The notes below the pieces were generated by a model. It searched no databases and had not been told where the DNA came from. It saw only the letters and a list, made by a program, of their open reading frames with translations. From NCBI GenBank assembly GCA_009602725.1, contig WELB01000004.1:320667-384666 (forward strand): a stretch of DNA of 64,000 bases. The letters run 5' to 3'. Position numbers and translations under genes: made by a program. Source of the stretch: Spirogloea muscicola. Lineage: Eukaryota. Below, one piece after another: positions 1 through 12,185 of the stretch. Each line of letters starts with the position of its first letter. Positions within the stretch are counted from its first letter, which is position 1.

Positions 1-124
<124 letters not shown>

Positions 125-334
125 GCCGCGGCCCGCGCCGCCGACGCCGCTGCCGTCGCTGCTGCGGCCCCGCCGGCGAGACCACTGAGCGAGCGTCGCG
201 GCGCCACCCGCAGCGGCAGCCATGGTTGCCTGTGGCATTGAGCGCCGAGGGAGCCGGATCCGACATGGCCGCTGCCGGATCCATCGGCCCCAGCTTCCGC
301 AGATGATTCTGGCAGGGCTCCGCCGCCGGCAAGC

Positions 335-3300
335 ATGGCGCTGCTTCCCTTCGCAGCGCCTGCGGAGCCGGGAGTGGACAATGGCGTCCAACCGCGGGCG
401 TTCGGCGAGACGTCCTCGACGGTGCCCGCTCAGAGTGCTGCCGCGCTATCGCGGCTTGGAGCCGAGCTCACCATCCACACTGGCTCGGACGCCGGCATCG
501 GCGACGCGCAGGGGCTCCCACTCGTCCTCCTCTCGGCCTTCGTCACTCTGCTGCATCGTTACAACCCCACCGAGCAGCACGTCGCTGTGAATGCGACCTT
601 GGCCTGCCGCCAACCGGCAGCGGCCGTCAACGGCCTCGGCGGCTTGGCCAAGGCCGTCACGGTGACAGCGCAGAAGGCCGTCAACGGCCATGTCAGCCCC
701 TTCCATAAGCTGCTCAACGGCTACGCTCGGCAGCCCACCGACCCCACCATCCTCAAGGCTCATGCCATGGAGAACGGCCATGTGACGGTGCAGCTGGCAG
801 TCAATGGCTTTTCCCATGACACATCCTTGCTGCAGGATGCAAACGGCGAGAGAGGGCCGGAGCCGAGGAAGGAGGTCTGGCAGGGCGGCGAGGTAGAGGA
901 CTTGCCCGTCAGGGTCTCGTTCGAGCCCACTGCCAGCCACCGTCCTTCAACTGCACTACCGTCTGCGGAAAATGGATGGCATGCTGGCGAGGAGGGCGCG
1001 GCATCCTTTGCCAGTGTGGTGTCGCAGGTCGCTGCGCAGCTGCTGGCTGGGATGAGCCGCCAATCCACACCATCATCTGCAAGAGATGCAGCGGAGGATT
1101 GTGCAGACACGGACTCGTGGGCCGCGGGAGCGAAGGCGCTCTTTGACTTCACAGACCTCGAGTGCCAGCCTGGTGTCACCAGCAAGTGCGGCCTCGACGG
1201 GCGTGAGCTCGTGCTGCGCTCGGCTCTCAAGAAGGACGGCTCCCTGGAGCTGACGTGGTTGTTCAGCATGCAGGCGTATGCAGCCGCCTCCATTCGGCGG
1301 CTCGCAGCCAACTTCCAATCCCTACTGGAGTCCCTGGCATCCTTGCCTGCCACCAAGGTGGCCGCAACACCTGTGCACCGGCTGGATGTGCTCTGCGCCG
1401 AGGAGCGGCAGCTGGTGAAGGTGGAGTTCTCCGGCCAGAAGGTGGCCCGCGCATTGCACCAGAAGTTGACGCCGGAGCGGCTGCATAGGTGGCTCCAGGC
1501 TCAAGACCCCGAAGCCGACATGGAGCAGCGGCGGCAGGGAGCAGCCTTCCCAGTCGAAGCCAAGGGTGACGTGGATGACAACCTCGTCGAGCTGTTCAAT
1601 CGAGCAGTGCGCACGTGGCCAGACAGGGTGGCTGTTCTGCACCACGGGGCGTCCATAACCTATTGCGAGCTCCACCAGCGAGCGCAGGAGATTGCAAGCT
1701 TCCTGATTGCTACGCTCGGCCTCCCCTCCGAGGAGGTTCGCTACCGGCAGGAGGACGTGGTGGCCATCGGAATGGACCGGTGCATTGACTGGGTGGCGTG
1801 CATGCTGGGCACGATGATGAGCGGCCGTGCGTACTTGCCCCTGGACCCCGCGCACCCGCAGCTGAGGTCACAGGAGCTCTTGGAGCAGACGAAGTTGCGC
1901 ATTGTTCTCAGCAACCGGGAGAGCGCTGGCACGTTCCAGTGGGCCGATGGATGGGAGGGCGTCCGCCTAGTGAGCACTGAGAGCCTGCAGGGGCACGCGA
2001 TTGATGCGGCACACATTGCGGCAGCTAATCCGGCCGGCTCCAGCGTCTGCTATGTGCTCTTCACGAGCGGCTCGACAGGTCAGCCTTCAAGTGTATCACA
2101 GCAGGAAGCCATGCACAATTACAGCTGTTCTAAAGTTTACGCGGAGACAGTCTGATAGAGCTCGATGTTGCAAAACCTGCACATCTTACTCTGGGCCTCA
2201 CAGCTGTTATTGACTGATGCATACCCTGACTGCATGCCCCAAGATTTTGCTCGCGGCAGCTGCATCAATGTAAAGGAGTGGGCCTCTTATCATGGTTGCA
2301 ATCCATCGCGTTAGCCATGATAAGGCTCAAGATGTGTGCCAATTACTGACCTTCCTCCTTGCACTGGAACTGGCAGGAGCACCTAAGGGAGTGCTAGTCA
2401 CACACAGGGGTGTCGTGAACATGGCGCACTCTTTCCGGGAGCTGCTGCCTCCTCTGGAGAATGACGTGCGCGGGCAGCTGAGCGCGTCCACTTTCGATCT
2501 GCACGCAATGGACTGCTACTGTGCGTTTGACGTCGGGGCTGCGGTGGCCATATGCCCCAAGGTGAGCACACAGCATTGTCAGGTTGTCAAGCTTGCAGTG
2601 GCATCACAATGTCTCCAGCTTATGGGAAAGGGAAGTATCCCAGCTGCTTGCAAGCTGGCAGATCATTGTTCAGGGGTGCAAGGGCAGGTCTGCTTTCACA
2701 GCCAGTGGGCCAGTGCATGGGCTCATGGCTTCTGCTGTCGAACCCTGTGCAGGAGGACCTGCTCACTGACGCCAATGCTTTCATCCGGAAGTTCAGAGTC
2801 ACAGGAGTGGTGCTTACTCCCACCGTCATGACGCTGCTAGAGCCTGATCTGGCGCCCTCCCTGCGCTGGCTAGCCACGGGCGGAGAGGTACTACCACGAG
2901 CACTTTGCAGGAAGTGGACCTCGGCGGGAAGGACCGTTGTTGACCACTATGCTCCGACAGAGTGCGCCATTGCAGCCTGCTCGGCTGTATGGCGTCCTCA
3001 CCAGCCTGTGGAGGACAATCTTGGCCGACCATGGCCCGGAGCTCATGTCAGTGCGCCTAAGGACACACTGAAACGTGCTGTGTTGATACCTGCAGTCACT
3101 GCAAAGCTTGTGTCAGCTATGCCCTGCCTGTCATGCACAGAGCATGGTAGAGTCTGCAGACAGTTAAGTACTTGGCTTCAAGAGCTTAGTATTGTAGTTG
3201 CATCAGGATTTGTTTTATAGCACCTTGGTTAATCTGTGCATGGGTGCAGTTCTATGTACTAGGCCCGCACCTTGAGCTGCTGCCGGTGGAGGTTCCAGGG

Positions 3301-6300
3301 GAGATGTGCATTGCTGGAGTGCACGTGTCGCGAGGTTATTTGAAGCGACCTGACCTGACAGCCAAGAATTTTCAAAAGAACCCTTTCAGCACTGGGCCGC
3401 ACGATCGTGTTCTCTACCGCACGGGCGACGGCTGTCGCTGGCTCGCAGATGGGCGCATCAAATTCCGTGGTCGCATTGACTTTCAGGTCTGTTCATGCAG
3501 CTGAAGCTGGTTACACCACCTCGTTTGGGCTTGCAATGTCCTCTGCAATTTGTGGTTCTGTTGCAGTTGCCTGTTGCTGACTACAAGGCTTCATGATAAG
3601 CGTCAGGCCAGGCCAATCATGAGCAGCAAGTTGAGAATCTGGCTGATGAGTGCAGGTCAAGGTGAGGGGCCACCGCATTGAGCCGGCAGAGATTGAGGAC
3701 GTAGCGAGCCGTGTAGAAGGGGTTGTGCGCTGCGTGGGCGTGCTGCGGCCAGGTGGCGAAGATGGCCGGCCGCCATACCTGGCGCTCTACCTCAAGATCA
3801 GGCTGGGTGGCCCAACAAGCCGGGACACCGTGACTAGGGCCGTGCGTGACGCCATCCGACAACGGCTGCCATCGTACATGATGCCGGCAGCCTTTGTCAT
3901 CCTGGACGAGCTCCCTTACACAGCTTCTGGCAAAGTGGACCGCAAGTTCCTGCCAGAACCCCCGCCAGAGAGTTTCCGCTTTGAGGCAGTTGGAGGCAGC
4001 AGAGGAGCCGCCAAAGGTGGAGCCGGTGGCGACGACGGCGATGCCTGGGCAGCTCAGCAGCTGCTGCAGCAGCCAGAGGAGCGCGCCGTCGCCGCAGTCT
4101 TTGCGGCCGTCCTGCCGAGTGGCGGAGGCGTCGCGGATGTGCTGGGGCCAGCTTCCAACTTCTTCGACCTGGGCGGCAACTCCTTCACAGCGTCGCAGGC
4201 CATCGCGCGACTCCCACAGGCTTTGGCTGACCAGGAGTCCCCTTCGCAGGGTGGGGCTGCTGCTGAACGGTCCTCAGCGCCGGTCCTGACCATCCGCGAG
4301 TTCTTTGAGAACCCCACGGTCTCTGGGCTCGCGGACGCGCTTAGGCAAAGGCGGGCTGCGACAGATGCAGCAGCAGCTGCAGAACCAGACGCAAAAGGTG
4401 CGAAGGAGGAGGCTGCCAAGGTGGAGGTCAAAGACCTCAAGGGTCATAATACCGGCAAGAGCTTTCTTCATGGTGGCCGCCAGCTGGTGGCCAGGCCGCC
4501 GGGAGACAGCCCCCCGCGGCGGGCGCGGCTCTCGGAGGCGCAGCTCATGATCTACCTGGTCAAGCGTGTGGTTCCAAGGCCAGAGCTGCTGGATTCATCG
4601 GACGTGTGGCGGCTGCGGGGCAGGGTCGACGTGACCCGGCTGGAGCACGCGTTCCAGCTGCTCCTGAAGCGTCACCAGGCCCTGCGCCTGCGCTTTGCTG
4701 TCGAGTCCAAGGGCTTGAAGGCTCGTGTGCTGCGCATGGCCCTCAAGACGTGGGGCAACAACGGTGCATCCCCGGTCGAGTCCGCGGTCGAGGCTTCGGC
4801 AGCTGGGCCCGCTCCGTCCTGCTGCGGCGGCCTGGCGGCGGCGTTGGCGGGCGCCGCCGGCCCCCTATTCTTGCGCCACCTGGATTCTGTGTTCGACTGC
4901 GTGTCCCAGGTGGACCAGCTGGACACGCCCTTCCGGCTGCACCAGACGGACCTTTTGCTTGCATCGGCGGGTGACAAGGTGGCGGCGTTGAGCACCGCCA
5001 TCGATGCGGCCCTCAAGCCGTTTGACATGAATGCCCCGCGGGGGCTGCTGTTCCGTGCCACGCTGATCGGCGGGCTCAGCAGCGACGACGGCGAGCAGCA
5101 GCACGTGCTGGTCATCACAGCCTCCCACCTCATCTGCGACGGCATCTCAGCTGCCATCATGTACAGGGAGCTGCCCTACGTGTACCGAACCGGCTCCCTG
5201 GAGGGCCTGCCGCCTGTGCCGGCCTACAACGACTACGTCGCCTGGGAGGTAGCGGACTTGGCGGGCACCCGCCGGGATGCTGAGCTCAAATTCTGGCGAG
5301 CAACCATCGGGAGAGTCCCTGAGACGCTGCGGCTGAGCCCCCGGCAGAACCGTTCAGTGGCGCTGCCTTGGAGGGGTGCGTGGCTCAAGTTCGTGATCCC
5401 GCCGTCCTCACGGTGGCAGCTCGAGGGGCTGGCCCGGCAGCAAGGCGCGACGCTCAACATGGCACTCCTGGCCCTCTTCAACTCCACCTTGCACCTCTGG
5501 TCGCGCCAGAGCCGCATCCTGGTCGGAACACTGGTCAGCCGGCGGCCGATTGCGCCACTGCAGGGCGTTGTTGGGCACCTTGCAGATGTGCGGCCAGTAC
5601 TGACGGAGGTGGCACAGATGGACGCCACTGCTCGAGCAGCGGCACCTGGGCTGGATTATCTGGACATGTTGGCTCAGGTGAAGGAGGGCATGTTGGCTGC
5701 CATCGAGCACCAGCGCACGACCTTCCGCCTCATTGCCACGCACTTGTCCAAGCCTGACCTCTCACGCGATGCTATCATCTCGGCCTACTTCAACTTCCTC
5801 CAGCCTGGCACGTACGTGTACTTCATTCATCTGGCTGGACAAAGGATTTGTCGCACTTCACATCTTCACAAACTGTTCAGAAATTGTGAGCAGATGCGCT
5901 GCAAGCAGTCCGGACTAAGCATTGACCGGGCCCTTTGTGTCTGCTGTAGTATCTTTTCCCCGACAGTCTGTCAACATTTGTGCACATTCTTGAGTCTTGG
6001 CAGGCTGCTCTTTGCACCTGTGAAGCGGAGGGCATCTTTGTTGGGCTTCTTAGTTGATGTTGTGTGCTTGCAGGGATGCTGCTCCCTGGAGGCTACACTT
6101 CGATGATGAACTCAAGGGAGAGTATGACATGGATGTCTCTTGGTTGAGGGAGGGAGAGACGTCCTTGTCTGCTGTCTCCTTGCTTATGCGGCCCGAGCAG
6201 GATGGCTCAGTTGTTGGACGAATGGTTTACCAGGTGAAAGCCCCATCTGCTAGCTTCTGGTAGCCTCGTGGCTGTCCCGTGGGTTCTTAGTACATACTCT

Positions 6301-6813
6301 TAGCCTCTATTGGGGCACATTGTCATTTACCTGCACGGAGTGCCGTCTGCTTTAGTGTGGATTTGCTTGACTAATATTGACTGATGGCCTGCCTAGTTTA
6401 TTGGATGCTTGCTGCAAGGCTGTTGACCAAGCTAATGCAACATCTCATCCTCTTTAGCTGATGGACCTACTCAGTCAGCTGGGATAAACACCTCTCTTAT
6501 CCTGCATATCGTTCTGTTATGGCAGGCTGACATACTGGAGAGGAGCTTCATGACCGCCATGTGCCGTCATTATTCTGCACTGCTGGAAAGTGCAGTGGCA
6601 GGTGACAGGCTCACTCTGGACAAGCAGGTGCTTGCCTCCACCCGCCAAGCCCCGTACCCTCTCTCTGGAGCCTCTCGTCTGGATACATCCGGTGGCAAGA
6701 AGTGGTTTCGGAGCCGACCTACGAACAGCCCGAATGGTAGGAGCACTTTCCAGCAAGGTAACACAGCAGACTTGGTATGGCAGAAGCAAGACAGCAATGA
6801 AGATGTCCACTGA
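335..6813 (+). CDS. Non-ribosomal peptide synthetase-like protein (partial C - A - T/PCP - C), spliced, 5' end possibly incomplete
   Basis: Predicted exons ~335-2078, 2377-2561, 2753-3046, 3250-3486, 3656-5811, 6074-6233, 6526-6813 with GT-AG introns. Splicing restores A-domain motifs YVLFTSGSTG|APKGV, FDLH, TGGE, HYAPTE, YRTGD, GRIDFQ|VKVRGHRIE, LPSYMMP and SGKVDR. The PCP motif is FFDLGGNS. The C domain runs from RLSEAQ through SHLICDG. The N-terminal LLSAFVTLLHRY...IRRLAANFQSLLESL resembles the second half of a C domain. Confidence 0.9.
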
Positions 6814-7603
6814 TGGAGAGATGGCGTGAGAGGTAATAATCGCTGGGCATGGTCAGGAGCAACCCCTGTATGTTATCCTGCACATTACACCTGCCTGCCT
6901 CGATCGCCCAACTTTCGGCCAGTGGGGCACTGCCTCCCTATGGGAGCCACTTCGTTCTTCAGTGGGGGCAAGCTCTGCCTCTTGATGACAGTAGAAATTG
7001 CTGTGAGCCGCTTGAAAGGTTGGACTCTCAGCGGCTCGCCTAGGCTTCCATGCTGGCCATGCCATTCTTATCCACTTATCATCGTCATTAACCTACATTG
7101 ACAGCATCTTAGTGCGATAGTGGGCGACTGCTTTATTCAGGGACACCTGTCAGGAGCACACATTTATCTTCAATCTGAAAACAAATGCTCCAAGTAAATG
7201 CACCTCCAAGGCCAAAGAAGTTGGACTCGCTTGCTTTCAGATGACCTGATTAGATTGTTGCCATATTCTCAGAATTGGTGGATGCTAAGAAAGAGGTATC
7301 AAGGCGGCTGCCTGCAGAAACAACAAGATTCTCTTGCAAATCTCATAACTAGATCATTCTGCAGCAACAGGCCACAGCAATTACGCAATCGAAGAGCGGA
7401 TGCTGAGTCGTACTCTACATCCGCTCTTTGACCATCTCACTGGGTGGAATCACGACCTACAAGTAAAGTTGTAGCACAAAACTTGCAGGCAGCGAGGGAC
7501 ATGGTCGACCACAGTTGACCCATATGGAGCCAAGTGATGCCAATTGAGCGCACACGAGTGACAGAAAGTCACTAGAATATAAGCATGTGTGAGCCGGCAG
7601 ATC

Positions 7604-10600
7604 TTATTGCTGCAGGTGTGCATGAGGTGGGGACGAGGACTGCGGAAGCACAGTGAAGTCGAAATCCGCTTCCAGCAAGCGGCAGATGCGCTGCAGCTGC
7701 CGCTTCCCCTTGAAGGGCTGCCGCGCACCCAGCCGCTGCGCGCGCACCCACTGCGCCAGCTGGGCGTCCTCGCGCGAGCGCGGGCTCTCCTGGGCCGCCA
7801 GCTGGCGGGCCACGTCGGAGTGCCCATGCTTGACCTGGAATGCCCTGAGCGCCTGGAACTCCTCCTCCCACAGCGCATCCTGGACGTCCATCACAGTGCC
7901 CACTCCTTCCAGCTTTGCCTGCAAAAGTACCAAACAGAATCTCAACACACAGCAAGACTGACTGAACCAAAGTTTGGCCAAGCTTATGAAGGCTGGGAAC
8001 TCGCAACCAGGCGGCCCGCTAGTCCTTGCCTTGTGAACTGTTGGCCCTGGCTTTCAGTTATTCTACTTTTACATCTTAACGTCGTATGGACATTACGAGA
8101 AGTGCGTATTTGAGCTGGCCATTGCTGCTTTCTTCTGCCCATTTTGCAAGCACACCTTCTGCTGCTGCGTCAGGCGCCCCCGCTTAGCATCTATGCGCTG
8201 CGAGTGCAACCACTGGCCGAGGAATGTCCGCCGTGGAACATGACAGTGACCTTCGGATTTCATAAAGGCCTCCAACTCCTGGAACTTCTGTTCCCAGTCT
8301 CTTTCCTGCATTGCAAACAAGGAGAAAGGATCTTTGTGCATTCTGATGGAAGCCACGGACTGTGATTAAGAGCGTGCTCCAACAGAGAGCTCTTCTCCTC
8401 ATGCTGACCTCTCTCTGTGCTCTATCAGCTGAGGGGGAGCAGTGCACTAGTGCTTGTGAGCACTATATCAGGAGACTGGTGCAGAGGTACGTCAGATGAG
8501 CGGTGAGCTGATTGTACTAAACGCACAGGTGATGCAGTGTGACAAATGCAGCAACTGACCTGCATTTTAGCTTGCCGAGTCTCCTCCTGCGCCCTCAGAA
8601 TGACTTCCAACTCCTTGCTGCCCAGCTCCTGAGCATTGCACCCAGATCAGCATTGGCATGGCTCGACAGGGGACTGCTGGCTGTCCAATCTAAAATATCC
8701 AAGCACATTCGAGGGCTCCTCAAGACTTCACGTCATTTCACTGGACATTATTCATGGTCTTATATGGTCCATGTCTCACCTGGGGCACATAGCAGTCCGC
8801 CCTCCATGGATCGGCAAATAGGTTGTCAAAGCACTCCCACTTGTCGCTAACTTGCACTGTGGCTGGCACCCTGGTGCGCAAGCCATACAAAGAGCCGTAG
8901 TTAAGCAAACCACAGGCTAACCACCTGGCAGGTTGAGCATGCATAGGTTGCCCAGCAACTGCAAACGTCGGACCAGGCTGGCTTCTGATCTGCAAAGGCT
9001 CTGCTGAATAGCCGACCGAGAAAGCATGGCGGACTGTGCCAACCTCCGCCACTTGGCACAGAGGATGGACCGCTTGGCCAGGCGGCCGTCGGACTTGGGT
9101 TGCCCCTCCTTCACGAGGACACACCGGCACTGCACCCACTTCTCGCCCTTCCCAGCAAGGGGCTCCACCTTCAGCTGCTCCAACCGCCTCCGCTCCTCTG
9201 CAAGCCATCTTCTCTGCAGGCCAAGCAAGTCGCGCTGATGAGAAAGTGCACTTCCACAGTGCAACCGGCATTCTGCTAAACAAAACCCCCGACGTCCTCC
9301 AAGCAAGCCCAATGGACAGTCGGCTGGGCCTGGCCTGGTTTCTGGCATTTTGACTCACATTTCGCTCCACTGCTTCGCGCAGCTCCCGCTTCTTCTCTTG
9401 CACGCTGACCTCTGCCTCCTGGCCCAAAGCCAGCGCCCTGCCAAGGCCGGCAAGCACTCAAAGAGCATCAGCCAGATCTGGAAACTTGCAGTGCAACAAG
9501 ACCTTTCAATCACCTGTGCCAGCGGCTGGTCCCTCCAACTCTAGCTTCAGAACTACTAAGATACATCAACACCTTGGCTGAGTCGTGGCGGCATGCAGCA
9601 CGCGCCTTACCTGCTGCTTGCAGCTGCCATCAATCCCAAAGCTTGACTACTTTCAGAAATTCTTTGAACTTATGAAAGGCCAGAGCATTATTAAGTCAAG
9701 AAAGACCAGAGCAAGCGGTAATGCATGCGGTTGCCCTCACCCTGAACCCTCATTGCCAGCAGCGGCCATGACTATGGCCTGCTGCTCCGCCCAAGCAGGG
9801 ACGGACGCCTGGCACATGCGCCCGATGCGGACGCGGCCGCACGAGCCGCCGAGGAACAGGTAGCGCTGCGGGCCACTCTCACAGTCTAGGCACTCGCCTT
9901 CCCTGCCGCCGCTGCCCCAGTCTTCCCTCCCTGGCGCAGCATTATTGCCGCTGGCATTGGCGGCTGCAAAAAGGTCCGCAATTGCGGCGGCAGTGCCACC
10001 TGCGACGGCAGCGGCGTCCCAACCCATCATGTCGTCGACCATGAGCGCGCTGCCCGACTGCCCCTTCACCTGCAGATACGGCAGGTGCAGGTGCAGGTCG
10101 CCAGATATGAGGACCTGATAATGGCAGTGGCCCCAACATCTATCTGGAGCAATGCTTGCAGCAGACTGCAGCAAGAAGACCAGCAGGTTAAGCTGAAGGA
10201 CAGCAACTTTGACAGAGATTTGATGGAGCTCACAATGCTGCAGGCGCCGCAGAACCACTCGTTGAGCACGGGTGGGCGCTGAAGCTTTGGCTGCAAGCAG
10301 TGCAGGTGGAAGGAGCAGCCGCATGTGTCGCAGATGAGCGTGCGGCCGGCGGCCTCGACCTCGCCGCACACCCGGCACGTCGCACTCTGCACCCCGCCCA
10401 CTGCGCCGTCGCCGGCGCACCCGGGGTGCGCCGCAGCAGGCCGGTCCTCGGCGCTGAGAACGCCGACAGCGCTGCCTGGCGCCCAGTGGGCGCCGAGCGT
10501 GCCCATCCAGGGATGCAGCGGCCAGCCGGGCCGCCATAGCTCATCGCCGCAGGCTGCACCGGCCCTCTTCTCTGCCAGTACTCTTGTGGGCCCAGCGCCA

Positions 10601-11375
10601 AACCCGTTGGCCACGTCGCCGGTGGCCAGACTGTGCACCGCACTGACACCAAGAAGAGCCTCTGCTGGGGACTGCTCGGAAGGCGGCGGCACTGTCTTGC
10701 CCTCGCTGACTGCATCCTGCCGGTGGCCATTGTCGTTTGGGCAGCAAGTATCAATGTCGGCGCAGTCGATGCAGGAGCCCAGCCGGAGTGCGGCTCTCGG
10801 CCGGCGCGGCCCCTCGCCAGCCCGACATGATTCGTCGGCGTCTGGCTCGTCCTGATCGACTCCGCCGTCGTCGTCCTCCGCAGCAGTCGGCGCGCTCCCT
10901 GGTGGGCATTCCCGCGGCTCTGCCGGCGGAGCGGCGGCCACGAGGCTGCCCACGTCGCCGTCGGCTGCACAGGACGCCCCCTTCTCGCCATCTGCTGGCG
11001 GCAAGCCCCGCGGGGCCTCTTCGTCCGCCGCGTCATGGGCGGCGGCGGCTCCGGCAGCCTGCAGCCCACAGCGCCGGCGGGCGCCGTCGCCGTCGCCGCC
11101 NCGCCGCCGCCGAGCCGGCGCCGCTTTGGGCGCTGCGGCTTCACGCCCCGCGCCACCACCGGCATCGCCAGCCACTGCAGCCTTGGCCGCCCCCAGGTGG
11201 CGACGGCAGCATCAGCGGTCGCTATATGGCCACTACACAGCGACTGTACGCGGCAAAGCCACGCCGCCACGAGGGCCCGGCTCGCCGCTGAAGGCAGGCA
11301 GCCACTTGTCGGCGTGCCCGCAGAAGGCGGCTCTGTCAGCGCCCGCTGGAGGCGCTCTTCGTCCAGGCTCCACAC
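7604..11375 (-). CDS. PHD-finger protein with C-terminal helicase-associated (HA) repeats, multi-exon, start uncertain
   Basis: PHD motif CRVC...LICDTCGCSFHLHCL...WFCGAC at ~10235-10385. HA-like repeats WEQKFQELEAFMKSEGHCHVP...LGQWLHSQR (8160-8300) and WEEEFQALRAFQVKHGHSDV...LAQWVRAQR (7730-7870). Joining them into one gene is inferred from shared strand and intervening exon-like segments. A single n at 11101 disturbs the frame. Confidence 0.65.
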
Positions 11376-12185
11376 CCTCGCCCACCGCCGCCGCCGCTGC
11401 CCTGATACCTACACCCTGAGTACTGCAGTAAAGCACAGCTCTCCAAGGCGGAGCTGCGAGTGCAGTCCGCACTGAGAGGTAGGAGAGAGGGGGAAAGAGA
11501 GGGGCCTAGCAGGAGATAGACTCTTCCAGTGGAGTGTGTATCGAGTGTATTGAGTGGAGTGTGCATCGAGTGATGGAGGGCCAGAGTGGCCGAGTACGAA
11601 GGCAAGCACATTGACAGATGCTCATCACCTGCTACTAAGCTGACCCGCTCAGTAACCATGTGTCAGCACGTAGAGGGCGATGGCTGTGAGCAGTCAAGGT
11701 CCAGGGCTCGTACTGCACTCATGGCCTGCACAACGCTGCAGCGCTACAGGCGGCGAGGCGCCAAGCAGCACAGCCTGTTTTCCTCAGTGTCTTCTCTGCC
11801 CTCTGCTTACTATGACAGCGCTTGTAGGCGTGGCGGGGGACCTTGTTTGCATGCATCGGTATCTGCCGGAGCATCTCGCTCGTTGTTATGGTGCTGGCTC
11901 TGCCATTGGAATGGCATGAATCACTCCGACCTTGCTATGTACACAGGCTCACCAGCTGTCCTGGCAACTTCTCACAAGCAGCCAGAGAGTTCGTGCTCCA
12001 GGGCACTACTACAAGAGCGACGACGCTGGAGGCTTGCCATTCATCAGAATGGCAACACCGCGGCACAGCCACGAGGCCATCATCAATGGCATCACATCCC
12101 CGCCCCTTGCTCCGCGAAAGAAGTTGCAGGGCAGCCAGCATACACACTTTGAGGAGCAGGTCTGGAGAGTTGGCGTCAAGGAGCA

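Noticed and set aside
11101..11101. Frameshift or pseudogenisation at single n positions (also 16186, 25993, 30834, 47633)
   Set aside because: They fall in GC-rich/GCC-repeat sequence and probably mark contig joins of unknown length.
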